DNA of 53,319 nt, the filler included, from Sphacelaria rigidula (taxonomy: Eukaryota): the NCBI GenBank assembly GCA_964200075.2. It is 3 parts of 3 records of this genome, joined end to end, with 100 filler letters (N's around TTAATTAATTAA, not from the genome) between each part and the next. Parts side by side here need not be neighbours in the genome. Positions count along the whole stretch, not along the records: positions 1 to 17,715 come from CAXNAA020001012.1; positions 17,816 to 35,522 come from CAXNAA020001013.1; 1 more part is not named here. The stretch is one strand, 5' to 3'. A model generated the notes under the pieces. The model worked only from the letters and a program-made list of their open reading frames with translations. It made no database searches and was not told the DNA's origin. The translations under genes and the position numbers were made by a program. Below, in pieces: positions 11,438-24,376 of this stretch (its first letter is position 1; each line of letters begins with the position of its first letter).

Positions 11438-12413
11438 GTACGGTGCGAAATATAGTTGACATTGGACTGGTACGTTGTTTTCTCCTTGTACTGCCATTTT
11501 TGGTTCGTCTTTTGCTGACGATGTGATGCATGGGTGTGACATACTCGGATCGAATTGTGGTGTAGGTATTGTGTGTGATCAAATGTTCGGTTGATTGGAG
11601 GATAATCTCGTATCCTACAGTCCGCTGCTGATCTAGCCGTGGTCACAAGATCGGTCTACCCGTGGAAGAGCGGGAATACTCGCCGCAGGAGAGTTTACAA
11701 AATGAAAATTGACTAGGACTAAAGAGAGAAAATTGATGTGGACACCTGGGTAAGAGGTAGTACTAATCCCGAGAAAATACCAATAGTCCGCCGCCTGGCT
11801 TCAGGTAAAGAGGCCACAACAGATAAGTAAGGCCCTAGAAGCAGGTTTCGACTGAGCTAGCTGCAGACCGCACTGTTTGATGGAAACTCTCAGCCAACTC
11901 TGCAGGGAGACTTGGTATTGTACACGAGGTATATCAATATATTCCTTATGTGGCATGCGCGTCGTTGCGGAAACTATGACCTATGATTAGGTGTGCGTTG
12001 AATCAAAGGAAGAGCTGGTGTAGGAGGGAAGCCTGCCGGTTTGGATTTTGACCTGTGCGTCCCAGCCACGCACCTCATGTGGTTCGTCACAGCAGCACCG
12101 ATTTTTTATTTTGACGCCCGTCCACGATGCTGTTCCACGTGCCGCCGTAGACAGCCATCAATGTTTTGTCATGCTCCATTCCATGGTCAGATCACTCTAC
12201 CGGTCTTTACTGACGTGTCCCTGTGCTGTTTCAACTGCACCCTGCATCAAAGCGGCGATAGTGTGAAGTTTGATGCTACGGTAGGAGTGCACGTGATTTT
12301 ACAAAATTTGCATCATTTTGTTGCGTGGTACTATCACTACTGATCAACTTCCCGCTGCTGAGAATCGAGACCCCCTTTGTTGTACGAACACCGCTCAACA
12401 AATGCGTAACCAG

Positions 12414-12575
12414 GTCCGCCTTTGTGACGCCTACCTACGATCTCTCCGTGACGGGCTGATCCTGGCAAGCGCCGATCTGTCGGCGCTGTCTGGGTTCTGG
12501 AGCGATCAGAAGTCCATCGATGTGCGGATGGGGCTTATCAAGTCGTTTGTTCTCGGCACCCTAAACCCCGGCCAG
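12414..12575 (+). CDS. Large hypothetical protein, internal exon
   Basis: cag|VRLCDAYLRSLRDGLILASADLSALSGFWSDQ...LNPGQ|gtataa, phase 0 to 0. Confidence 0.7.
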
Positions 12576-12904
12576 GTATAACACATTTTCTTCCTGATCT
12601 CCGAGTACCCGTCTTTTTGCTGTTTTTCGGCCTGTCTCAGCTAGTCTCTGCCAGTCTCTCGCCGTCTTTGGCCTTCGCTTCTGTCTGCCTCTGTATGCAT
12701 ATTTTCAAACGTTTGTACCTGTCCGAACTATCATCGAGCGCGTCATGAATTTGAAAGGCTTCCACCATGATGGCAATGTTCGCCGCTTTTTGATGTTCAG
12801 TGTGTCGTTTGATGACTGATCCCAACGTTCGGAAGAGCGACTGGCACAGTTGGTAACATCCCGCCCCCCCGCCGCCGCCGCCTCGATTTCGTTTATTCGT
12901 GAAG

Positions 12905-13075
12905 GGATCTGGCAAGCGTCTGGCGGTGGAGAGGGATCAAGAGAAAATGTCTGCCTCCGAGCTGTTGCTGCAGCGGTACCTGCGGCGGTTGGGTGGCATC
13001 CAGAGCCATCTTCAAGCTCGGCCTAAGGCATCGCTCGAGACAGCAAAGGGCATGCCGGGCGCCACCTTGACACCG
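12905..13075 (+). CDS. Large hypothetical protein, internal exon
   Basis: aag|GSGKRLAVERDQEKMSASELLLQRYLRRLGGIQSHLQ...TLTP|gtaggt, phase 0 to 0. Confidence 0.7.
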
Positions 13076-13384
13076 GTAGGTACGCCGGTTCAGTGGCTTG
13101 CTGTTCGACTGTGGTGGATACACGGAAAGGGTTTCTGATTTTAGACTATATTATGTTGTTGCCATAGTTTAGTGACAGTCGCCACCCCCCCTCCCGATAG
13201 CACGGTTCATTCTCCAGAGGAGAGTGTTGTACTGTTGGACAGATGCAGTCACTATCATCAAATATCAACAGGTTATCCTTTTTCGATGAGACAGCCCTTG
13301 CTGTCAGAAAAAGTCGAAATTAAGAAAGCCTTGTATCACGTACGGTGTTCCGTATGGTGTTCCACGGTAGCCTTCAGCGTGTGT

Positions 13385-13528
13385 TCGTTCTGTTCGACTC
13401 TTTTCTGTTTATTCTTTTCTTGAGCGAGTGTTTTTGTTTCGGTTTTCTTGGGTACGTCTATCATGCGACCACGGCTGGACCCATGGGTTGTCAGTTAAAG
13501 TGCGACAATCAATCAATCAATCAATCAT
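13385..13528 (+). repeat. Second copy of the (AATC)n-tailed repeat
   Basis: Aligns to 210-362. Confidence 0.7.
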
Positions 13529-13624
13529 ACACCTGGCCGACACATCGTCAACTGAATACCGTAGCTGTACGCTATTTTATACTCCGTACTTAACACCAAC
13601 GTCGGAACTCTCTTTTGTCTTCAG

Positions 13625-16600
13625 GACGCGAAATACGCCCTAGAGGAGTGGGTAGACGACGGCATGTACCTGTTCCTGCAATCTCTGGAAGAAGTTGAAG
13701 CCTCGGAGCAGGAAGGTCACCCCGGCAACGATAACGGTATCGATAATGGGATTGCTGTCGCATTTGAGTCGTTACGGGGAGGGGTGTCGGGTTATTTCTC
13801 GTCGAATTCGGTCTATTTCTCGTCAGATCTGGCCGAACCATGTCCCACCCCCCTCACAACGGACAACACCACAGTGGACACTTGCGCTCTGCCTTCGAGG
13901 ACGCTTCCAGCAGTCGGAGGAGGAAAAGCGTGGATGCCGGTAGATGGCATTAGCGTGCGAGGCGGAAAAGGCGGGTCGTTCGGTACCGGTCGCAGGGATG
14001 GTTGCGTGTCGGCGGTAGTGTTGTGGCCGTTCCCGGAGCAACACGATACGCTTTGTGGTCGGAGCCGTAGCAGTGTAGGCAGCAGCGACAAAAGTGGAGC
14101 GTTCAGGACGGCCAGGGAGGCGGACAGCAGTGAGTGTGTTGTGCGTCCAGAGACATTGCTGAACATGTGGGCTCGTCCGAAGGAGCGAGCCCGTCCTCCG
14201 GCGGCTAGGAACATGGGTGCGGGTACGATCAGGAAGGGAAACGACGGTGAGGGTGTTGTGCATTCGAAGGGACTGCTCAAGTTACGGGGTCGTTCCAGCA
14301 TGGAAGAAGCAAAGGGATTCGCGAAGGCAAAAACCGGCGGTACGCGTTCCGACACCCGTAGAATGTCCACTGAGAAATTGGGAGACCCAGGCGAGTGGGC
14401 GTCCCCGAGGAATTTGCTACGTTCGCTAAGTTCCCTTCAGAACAAGCACAAGATCACCACGGAAGATACCAAGGAGTCCAAGAGAGCCAAAAGGTGGGCG
14501 GGAGTGAAAGGGATGGATAGCGATGGCGGAGCGAGAGCTGGGGGCACGAACAGAGCTGGAGCGTCCGGCATCACTAGGGAGAACCCGGAGAAAGCTTTGC
14601 TGGCGGGTGTAAATTCGGTAAAGCTAGGCGTCCTCAAGATGCCCAAAGCCGACACGCCACAGGTCGACAGCAGAGATAATTGTGGTGGTATGAGAGATGG
14701 GGCGAGGGCCGGGCGGCAGGAGACGCAAAGCAACATAATTAAGGACAAGAAGGTCGCCAAGTCGTATTCGACAAGCACTACCCACGACGTCGACGAAACA
14801 AGCAAATGCTCTGCGGCCGAACAGGGGCTCTGTTATGCACTACGATGGGTTCCTGATTTCGTACGCGCCACAAGGCGCAAAGAAGGCGGATCGAGAAATC
14901 CGGCAAAGGGTCGAACCCGAAATGGTGCTCTTCATTCGGACAAGAAGTTGCCGGCGATGACGAGGGGAGGCGGAGGGAGGATCGCCAACACTGTTTTTGC
15001 CGGATTTTTTGCTGGCGGGGCGAAAAATCAATCGATCGAGGCGACGGCGGAGGTGAGCGACGGCGGCAACGGTGCTGGTGCAAAGCAACCGTCATCGTTG
15101 CAGTCGTTGTTTATGTCGGCCTTGCCGCGGTGGTCGCTGGGTGTTGAGACGGCTCGCGAGGCGGCCACGGACATGGAAACCCGGCGGAACCTGCGGAAAG
15201 AGGAGGCCAGGAGCGGGTGGGCAGTTGCTCACTCGTCGACTACGGCGGACGCGGGAAGATCGCAGGAGCGGACTGCACGCAGGAATCGGAGAAACAGGAT
15301 CGCTGCCGTAAAGGCGAGACGCCTTGCTGCTGCAGTCGCAGAGAAACGCACTCTTGTCCTCGCTGAACGCCATAAAGATGAGGCCGGGACGACATCGTCG
15401 CCATCGCTCGAAACGGCAGATATCGATGCGGGAGAGGGGGACCCTTCGACGGGCGCGTCGGGCGTTCCGACTGGCGGAGATATCGCTGTAGTTGACAACG
15501 AAGAGCTTGGTGAATGGGCCGTCGTACCTTCGGATAGCGGCGGAGGCATTGATGCCGGTTTTGTGCCTGCTGCCGGGCGCTTCGTGCGGGTGTTTTGTCG
15601 GTCGTTGGGCAAAGGGGTATCGGCGGGCTGGGGGGGCGTGATGACGGCCGTGTGTGGGGTGTCCATGACCGCCTTGCGCGTGGTAGGGTCCGCAGTGCGT
15701 ATGCCACGGCTGATGCACCGCAAGATACGCAATGCTGCGATTGCCGGTGGCGCCGCTTCCAACGACGACAGTGCCGGAAACGGTACTGCTACCGCCGCCG
15801 TCTCCGCCGCCGCAGCCACCACTGCACCCAAGTACAACTGGACTTCCCCTTTTCCGCTGGTTAAGGAAAGTGCTGCAAGGCATGCTGACTCAGTTCAAGT
15901 CGATGGTACGGCGTCCCTAGATACGAATTCCGTTGACACAGGGTCGGGATGCGGCGGTGAAACTCAAGATGCCGCCGCGGCAATAGCAGAAGAAACAGCG
16001 AATGATCTCGCCGCGACGGCCATCATCGTGGATAACACCACGGTCACCGAGCATCCGCCATCTCCCGGGGCGGCGGCAATAGCAGGAGGAACAGCGAGTG
16101 ATCTCGCCGCGACGGCTATCATCGTGGATAACACCACGGTCACCGAGCATCCGCCATCTCCCGGTGGCCTCATACTACAAACCCCAACGACAACAGCCGC
16201 GACGGCAGCAACCGAGGCGAAGCCGATTGCGACGGCCATCATGGCGGATAAAGCCACGGTCGCCGAGCTTCCGTCATCTCCTGGTGTTCTCATCCTTCAA
16301 ACCTCAACAACAGCCACGACCGCAGCAGCCGAGGCGAAGTTGATTGCGACGGCCGACGATGCTAGAACAGCGTGGGCACGCACGGTGCCGGCCGACGGAG
16401 TCCCCGAGCGCAGCGGTCGCAGGAGCCGCCTGCTTGTCGGCGCCGCCGCGCGCTTGGCAAGCCTGGCAGTAAAACCGCCGCCTGCACTTCCTATGCCGCG
16501 TGCAGCGCCCGCTGAAACGGCAAGTCGCGTTGCCGGCAGCATTAGCGGCGGCGGGGGTGGTAGTGCCGGGGTGGTGGTGCTCACACGCGCGCTGCAGCAG

Positions 16601-16729
16601 CGGGCCGCGGCGGAAGCGATGGAAGTTGGGGCGGCGCGGCCGCCACCTAGGAAGAGGTTGCGGCGGGCGGTAGCCCTGGCTATTTGTCTCCCGCTGAGTC
16701 GCAAGTCTGGAAGGTATGAAGTGGGTTAG
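13625..16729 (+). CDS. Large hypothetical protein, ~3.1-kb Ala/Gly/Ser/Thr-rich low-complexity exon
   Basis: The acceptor ttcag|GAC at 13625 is in frame with the 1021-aa ORF. The exon ends at the stop 16727-16729 or at the donor AG|gtatga at 16713. Confidence 0.78.
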   Translation, partial: DAKYALEEWVDDGMYLFLQSLEEVEASEQEGHPGNDNGIDNGIAVAFESLRGGVSGYFSSNSVYFSSDLAEPCPTPLTTDNTTVDTCALPSRTLPAVGGGKAWMPVDGISVRGGKGGSFGTGRRDGCVSAVVLWPFPEQHDTLCGRSRSSVGSSDKSGAFRTAREADSSECVVRPETLLNMWARPKERARPPAARNMGAGTIRKGNDGEGVVHSKGLLKLRGRSSMEEAKGFAKAKTGGTRSDTRRMSTEKLGDPGEWASPRNLLRSLSSLQNKHKITTEDTKESKRAKRWAGVKGMDSDGGARAGGTNRAGASGITRENPEKALLAGVNSVKLGVLKMPKADTPQVDSRDNCGGMRDGARAGRQETQSNIIKDKKVAKSYSTSTTHDVDETSKCSAAEQGLCYALRWVPDFVRATRRKEGGSRNPAKGRTRNGALHSDKKLPAMTRGGGGRIANTVFAGFFAGGAKNQSIEATAEVSDGGNGAGAKQPSSLQSLFMSALPRWSLGVETAREAATDMETRRNLRKEEARSGWAVAHSSTTADAGRSQERTARRNRRNRIAAVKARRLAAAVAEKRTLVLAERHKDEAGTTSSPSLETADIDAGEGDPSTGASGVPTGGDIAVVDNEELGEWAVVPSDSGGGIDAGFVPAAGRFVRVFCRSLGKGVSAGWGGVMTAVCGVSMTALRVVGSAVRMPRLMHRKIRNAAIAGGAASNDDSAGNGTATAAVSAAAATTAPKYNWTSPFPLVKESAARHADSVQVDGTASLDTNSVDTGSGCGGETQDAAAAIAEETANDLAATAIIVDNTTVTEHPPSPGAAAIAGGTASDLAATAIIVDNTTVTEHPPSPGGLILQTPTTTAATAATEAKPIATAIMADKATVAELPSSPGVLILQTSTTATTAAAEAKLIATADDARTAWARTVPADGVPERSGRRSRLLVGAAARLASLAVKPPPALPMPRAAPAETASRVAGSISGGGGGSAGVVVLTRALQQRAAAEAMEVGAARPPPRKRLRRAVALAICLPLSRKSGRYEVG
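15972..16166 (+). repeat. Coding tandem repeat, two near-identical 96-bp units (AAAIAxxTAxDLAATAIIVDNTTVTEHPPSPG), with a degenerate relative downstream
   Basis: Visible in both DNA and translation. Confidence 0.9.
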
Positions 16730-17715
16730 GGTAGCGGAGGAGCGTGGGTTGGTGCGCAAGGGGTGATGAGGTGTGTGATGTGTGTATCTGGAGTAGTAAC
16801 GACAGAGACAAGGCTAGGGTTAGCGTAAGCGTTAGCGTTTGGTTTTTTCAGGTGAGGTAAGACTGCCGACGGATTCGCCAGCGAGTGGTTCCGGTATTTT
16901 CATCGGGGACTGACACGCTGGGGCTTTGCCTACTGCTACCACAGATACGTTCGCGACAACTGGAACGATGTCCTCGGGCTGGGTTTGGAAGCGACTTCGG
17001 GGTTGTTAACCTTCTTCGGGGAACAACTGTGGGACCCATGCAAGGTGAAGAGTACAATGTAGTCAAACGTAGGAACCAAGTTGTTTTGCCGGAGACTACC
17101 GCTATGCCACGTGAGCACGGTTGCTTTTTTAATTTTATGGTTTCGCCGGGGAACTGTTTTTTACGTTGGGTTGTAGAAGGTCTATCAAACAATACATATG
17201 ACTCACCATGTGGATACCTTGTGTAGTAGCCGTACCTGGCATTTTGGTTTCAGCGGATTGGACCATGACCATCAGCACTCACGCACCGCGTCGGCTCTCG
17301 TCAGAATCATGTACGTTTAAAATTTGCATGTTACACGTCCTCGCGTTGTCAAACGACGGAAATCAGATTATCCTCGGAAACAAATTCGCATTTTTGCCGG
17401 GATGCGAACCGCCCTTCATAAGCAGGTGTTCGGTCGTACCAGTTGCACGACTAGGGTGCGGCGGCACTATATATATGACAACGAGTTCAGTACATTTCAC
17501 TATGCGTTGCAGAACAATACGTATGTCGCCGCCACGCCCGGACCTCATGGTTGAAACTTGTGCGACCAGTTTGGGCACTTTCATGGGTTTGAATCCCGAT
17601 AGGTATAGCCATTGGATACGGAATGTGGTTTTCCTCCGTTTGAACAAGGGGCCCTACAGACTGGAAAACGGTGTTCACCCCCCCAATTTCCCGAAAACCT
17701 CATTCTGGGCGACCG

Positions 17716-17815
17716 NNNNNNNNNNNNNNNNNNNNNNNNNNNNNNNNNNNNNNNNNNNNTTAATTAATTAANNNNNNNNNNNNNNNNNNNNNNNNNNNNN
17801 NNNNNNNNNNNNNNN
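17716..17815. other. Artificial scaffold linker (N44-TTAATTAATTAA-N44)
   Basis: 100 bp, all-frame stop motif within Ns; identical to 35523-35622. Confidence 0.97.
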
Positions 17816-18332
17816 GCTGTTCAGGACACAATCGCGTCGGAATCGGGGCAAAACGGTCACAACACGACAGAAATACGTGGATGGTTGTAGGCGTTCGATT
17901 AGGGTGTGGGGGTTTGGTGCGCTTTTCTTTGTTGTTTTGGGGTGTACATTTTGAACAATGATAAAAACAACAAGAGTACCGTAGCGCCAAACGTCATGCT
18001 ACGTGAAGTAGCCATAGTTTGCTCTTTTCATTGCTGGTCTTGCCGCACAAGAGTCATACACTCTGAACACACCAACAAAAATACGCAAATCCTGGCAAAT
18101 TTTGTGGTACTGCACGATCAATGCGCCCGACTTTCGAAGAAATGGACTCCCGTTCCTGAAGCACCACCAGTCTTTCTCGATGGTTAGTATGATGTACGGC
18201 TCCGAGGTACTGTACGCTTGTTCCAGGACATACGCAAAATCAGGTATCCCAGGGTATCCACCATCTCGATCCCAGAGAACACAGTCTCCCAGAGCACACA
18301 GCCCGAAGCTCGCCCGCCCGTGCCGTATGTTA

Positions 18333-18827
<495 letters not shown>

Positions 18828-19483
18828 TCACCAGGGATCAGTTTTTCAGTGATCGGTCGTGGTTCGACAGTAGTTGTCATGGACTACACGGGCGGAGGCG
18901 AGTTCAGAGTGCACAGAGGTAGCAGGACTCAGTCATCGTCATTGTTGTTGTCAGAACGCATATGTTTCAGCAAAGTTGCTTGCTGTAGGAGGGTTGACCT
19001 GACCCCGACGCCTCTGAGGAGGCCATGAGTGATAAGTTGTGCACAAGTACGGTCAAAATGTACAAGACAGTCATTGTACTTCCTAGAGACCGTCCAACAC
19101 GCGAATCTTGCGTTCACGGAACCAACACTCATCCTTGGTACGGTATAATTCAGGGCACGGATCAGGTACTACGGGAAGATAACGCAAGATAGTGCCTAGA
19201 CGTCATGCAGCGCAGGGCTTACAGTGCTTTCGATTGATGCTGAAATGCAGGATAATTCATAGCATCTACATCACCCCAGCCACTCGAGCGTTGAACAAAG
19301 GGGAGACGGTGTATTCATGGTGCAGGCGTGTAATACACAGTTGTACACCATAGTAGTGTTCGTTTTATCAAGATGCTGAGTCAGTAAAATCCGTATGATG
19401 CTAACAGTGTTACCGATTGGTGCTGTAATGCAGGATGATTTTTGGTGTCTCCCTCACCCTAGCCACTCGAGCGTTGTACAAGG

Positions 19484-19607
19484 GGATACGGTGTATACAT
19501 TTGTAGTGCAAGTGTAAGATCTAGAGTAGGATAGTAAAACAGTGCGGATACGGTGTATACATTTGTAGTGCAAGTGTAAGATCTAGAGTAGGATAGTAAA
19601 ACAGTGC
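19484..19607. repeat. Perfect 62-bp tandem duplication inside an older diverged duplication (~19240-19680) in HSP70 intron 1
   Basis: ggatacggtgtatacatttgtagtgcaagtgtaagatctagagtaggatagtaaaacagtgc occurs twice in tandem. Confidence 0.9.
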
Positions 19608-20083
19608 AAACAGTACCTTACAGTATTGTAGTGTTTGTTCCAAGATGCTGAGTAGAATCGTAGAATCCGTATGATGCACGTGCTACCTTCGTGTAAACAC
19701 AACAATTGGGATATGAACGCAACAAGAATGTCTACATGCAGCACCATGTCCACAATGTCAACGATGCTTCAATGCACAATGATTCATAGGGGGTGTCTTT
19801 CATCATCACCATTCGGGCGTGGGTTGGAGGGACAGCTGCACGTTTCACGACATCTAGACAAAGTAGACAGTACGGTACATGACCTGCGCCAGACGACACA
19901 GTCCAGTATGACGACTACAGTACTGTGGCACCGCATACCATGATACTACGAAAAAAGGGTGCTATTATAACACATGCCACGTGAAACACCGTAGTACTGT
20001 GTGCACCCAACTATTTCCTGTACTCGCATATACAGCCACCTACGGCACACAGCGTTCACGCATGACCTCCCCTACATACTTAC

Positions 20084-20506
20084 CTCCTTGCCCAAATAGG
20101 CCTCAGCGATCTCCTTCATCTTCACCAACACCATGGACGAGATCTCTTCAGGGGCAAACTGCTTCTTCTCTCCCTTGAACATCACCTCAATCGTCGGCTT
20201 GCCCCCCGGGCCCTCCACCACGCTGAACGGCCAGTGCTTCATGTCGGCTGCCACCGCGGGGTCGCTATAACGGCGGCCGATGAGGCGCTTAGCGTCAAAT
20301 ACCGTGTTGTTCGCGTTCATGGCCACCTGGTTCTTGGCGGCATCGCCTATGAGACGCTCGGTCTCCGTGAAGGCAACATAGGACGGCGTGGTGCGGTTGC
20401 CCTGGTCATTGGCGATGATCTCGACGCGGTCGTTTTGCCACACGCCCACACAGGAGTAGGTCGTGCCTAGGTCGATCCCGACGCTCTCTCCCTCTACCGA
20501 TGCCAT
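20084..20506 (-). CDS. HSP70: Cytosolic heat shock protein 70, exon 1
   Basis: [46 protein letters not shown]...AEAYLGKE|gtaagt; HSP70 signature, no targeting peptide. Confidence 0.97.
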
Positions 20507-20688
20507 GTTGTCGTATAGTGCTGACTGTAGTGCTGCTAGTTGCTTGCTGATGTTATTGCTGCTGTCTTGGCCCGTGCCTATTGCGTGTTGCTTGCTCTAA
20601 TGAGTGTTTTGGGTATGCTTGTGGGAAACTGAATGTGTAACCGGGGGGGTGGGGGTCGTAACCGACTGGCGAATGAAGTCGAGGCGAT

Positions 20689-20770
20689 CTTCTGGAAAAA
20701 CAGAGCCCGAAGTCTGGAACGGCTGGATCTTGTTTCTCGATCAAGGTTTCTCGAAACGTTTTCTGGGAAA
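20689..20770 (-). promoter_or_regulatory. Heat-shock element (nGAAn/nTTCn) cluster upstream of HSP70
   Basis: TTCtgGAA (20690), GAAgtctgGAA (20709), TTCtcGAT (20734), TTCtcGAA (20748) and TTCtggGAA (20761), 180-260 bp upstream of the ATG. Confidence 0.7.
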
Positions 20771-23700
20771 AGTCTGCGCACTATCTAGTGAAAAAAAATC
20801 ACGAGAACAGCATGCAGGAATGATCGTGTTAGGCTACAACAATGGAAAGTATACATGTATGAAGGGGGTGGGGGTCCACTCTTATGACACACCGCACTCA
20901 GCTGTCCGTCTGTTGTCGAGGCGCCTTTGCCCTTTTGACTATCAGTGTTTCGCCGGGGAAATGTTTTTTTAAAGCGAAATAGTCGCCTCCGCGAGAAACG
21001 ATGGATGATGGCAAATATCCAAATTTCGCCCCGATCTTTCGCACACCTTGTGCCTGCAGCTGCGGACCTGAAAGCATCGCCCAAGTGGAAGGAGTAGGCT
21101 CGAAGACGGTCGAGGTGTGTTGATATACTAACAAGCAGGTCCTCTCGTAAGTTGCACTGATAATGGCGATGTCTCCTCGGAGCATTTGCAGAATCCGTGC
21201 AGCGTGAGATGAACACCACCCCCCTCCCCCCCGTCGAACCTCACCTCCGGTTTCATGGCAGAGCACGGCGCTCGCATGACGCCACCAGCAGAAACTGGGA
21301 GGTTTTTTTAACCATGTAGAGGGGTCAATATTTCCATAGTAAAAGGTTGCGTTGAAATTCATTCATGCCGCAAATGAAGCGACGTGACTAAAGTTCGAAA
21401 AAAAAAAATGTATTTTTCCGCACCAGTATATGGACCATCTGAACTGCCGTGTACCGACCGACAGCACGTAGCAGCAAGATACAGCACACCACAGCGCAGC
21501 ACACCACAGCACAGTACAGTATAGTGTGGTACAGTACAATACAGTACAGCAAAGTTCAGTGCAGTACACCGAATTGTGCTGCCGGCGAAGTATATACTGT
21601 AGTAGTAATAGCTTTGACCTGGACGGCGTTCACAGCAAGAAACAGGCAATGCTATAAAATGAGGCTATACGATGGAATGAGGTTCAAGCCCAAAACAATG
21701 TTTTCCCCACACTTCCAGCGATGGTGCCTCGTGACGTTTTTGCCGGCCTAATGCCCACTGATCGCGTTGATAATTCTTCAGCGCATTTGACCGACTCTGT
21801 GAACTGACGGCGCTGATCGCAACCGTCATTTTCCCTGATTTTTTCAGGGGGGGTGATATGAGGGGGAATTGCCTGTTTCGAAGAAAACGCTATATATATA
21901 TATATAGTACAAGTGAACATTGCAGCAATGTGATTGAGACGTTTGTACACCACTTCCTGCAAACAGCGGGGTCGTAATAATTCTACGGCTCGCGTTGTAC
22001 ACAAACAAATGTACAACTCGCACTTAGTGTCTGTCCCGAGCAGGAGGAGGAGTTCAAGTTAGTGATCTGACACCCGGAATCAAATAAATACCGTCTGGCG
22101 TGGATCGAGATTTCCGGCGTTCATGTAGACATGGATTTCGACTTCTCAATTTGAATGGTACTTCAGTATCACGATAGGACGCCGCGACCGCTACAAACGA
22201 CAGCAAACATGTACCTCCATCGCCACAGGAGACGAGAACATGAGAACGGCAGGGTAGATGACACGGTCGATCAGAAGTGTTCGTGTTCAACTCCCCACCC
22301 GACCACCCCCCCTGCACATACCCTTGCGGCAGATGTGGAGGATCCCCAGGGCTAACTCATGGGATTCAACGTCCGGGCGCCTGCTGAGACGCCGCCCGGG
22401 GCAGTCCGAGCGTCATATACGACACCAGAACCGATCCCGAGATGAGAGCATCTTCAATTCGCTATTGTGGTAACCCTGCGAGCTATCAGAGGTTAGGATC
22501 GCACGCTCCACACTGCTTTTTTTCAGGTGATGACTGTGTCTTTCGAACCAAACAGAGGACGTGAGCATGCGTGGGTAATATATACATAAATATATATATA
22601 TATACTTCATATATGCACAAGAACCCCCGACTCTGACTCTCGAAACGTTAAATATAGCACAAAACAAAATTCTTGCACACATACGCCTTGTTGCATGTCA
22701 TGCGAGCAGGTAGTGAAACCCTCGCGTATGTCCGGCTGCCGTCCCACCCGGCACATACCACAAATGTGGTTGACAACAGTTCTCCGCCGGCAGGCGTAGA
22801 ACCTGCTGTGCCGATGTCAAATATGAGGCAATTGCTGGCGGCCACGTTGGCGACGACGACACTGTAGGAGAGGAGCCCAGTCCCCAATCGTATGGAAAAC
22901 ACAGGGCGGTTGCACTGTTCTGTGACTCTGGGGCGCCAGTCGCGGTCGTCGATGGTGCAGTCAGACAAACCAAGGGGGCGGTGGATGGCGGCGACGACCG
23001 ACGGCGCTCGCAGAGTGAAGAAGTAGAGAGGCTATCGCCGCGGGAAGGCCCGACGTACACTGTCTCTAGTACCTGCGCGCCGGAGGTGAACACACGGGAT
23101 CTATCGGCATCCACTGTGGCGACGACACTCCTCCACGAAGTGGGCACCGCATCTCGCGAAGGCCGAGAAACTGCCGCCAGGATACCGTGTGAGGCGGTGA
23201 TTTCTACTCCATCTTCCAAGACAAATTAAATATGCACCCCGCCTGGGTCTGGTAGAGGCACACCCCCACATGCCCACGTATTGGCGTCAAGACGGAAGAG
23301 GAACATGCGTGCCGCCTGCTTGGAGAGGTTTCACATCAACGGCTGCGGCAGGAGCGGGAGGGCACGTTGTCAGTCGAGTCCAGAATAAAGTGGTGGTCAG
23401 GTGTAGAAAACTCTGACAGTCATCACCTCGTGTCGACTGTTCTTATACTAAATGCCTGTTCAGTCGAACACAAATCTGCGGCCACCGGAAAATGCGAACG
23501 TGATACGGGTTGTTCCCCCAGTCTTGACCACTCTGGCAGAAGAGTGTATGTGAAAATAAAATAATCCACCACTGAGTATTTTATTTCCTACAAGTACAGG
23601 AAGCCATTAGAAGCTATCAATACCCCCCCGGCTCCCTTTAGGGCGCGAAATAGCAGACGAACAACAAAAAATAGGGCTGCAAGCTGGGCCAGCAGTAAAT

Positions 23701-24120
23701 CCCGCATTCGTATGTCACACCATAAGTTATCAACTTTACCAAATCAGCCCGACTTGAGTGTATTGGTGTGACCTGTAGGCCAACGTGGTATCGGACGGGA
23801 CCGCCGCTGAATGAAAAAAATAATGTACTGCATAATGAATCACCTCACCGACGGAACAGAACGAAAAGGAATCCGTCGGGATTTGAAGTCGTGACGTCCG
23901 TAACTGGCGTCAACTGTATCACGTGGATTAAATGGGCGCGACCGCGCCACACGAAAAGTTTACTGCTGCGCCAAATTTCTTGAAGTCTTGGCCGCAATTG
24001 CAGCAGGATCTCCTCCGGTGAAGGACGCAAAAACCACAGCAGGGATGCCCACGTTTTCTATTCTTTTCGCGGAGTTTAAGCATTTTTCTAGTTTTTGAAG
24101 AAACTTCAAATCGCTTCAAC

Positions 24121-24376
24121 GAGCAATGCTACGGTAGGGGTGCACTTTTTGAGCAAAATGTTGTCTGGTTCAGGGGCTCTTGACGATTGTAGATGCACAA
24201 GAATGTGGGCCAGGGCATCCCCGTTTGCAAATTCATTCGGGATATCCCTAGCACATTGCAATAGTAATCTTGGCATACTCACAACTATTTCACAAGTCTT
24301 GTTTTGGATGAGATAAAGGGCTCCTGACAATTCTAACCTCAGAAAGTATTTGTCCATCCCTACCGTAGCATTACTC
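24121..24376 (-). mobile_element. ~256-bp MITE with GAG-starting TIRs and a 4-bp TSD (CAAC); Sola2-like
   Basis: GAGCAATGCTACGGTAGGGGTGCAC ... TCCATCCCTACCGTAGCATTACTC, with CAAC on both sides. Confidence 0.85.

Noticed and set aside
13813..16759. Several long minus-strand ORFs
   Set aside because: Antisense shadows of the GC-rich 3.1-kb exon.
17006..17184. Another piggyBac-like MITE (TTAA-CCTTCT...AGAAGG)
   Set aside because: The TIR is only 6 bp, the right flank is TCTA, and there is a single copy here.
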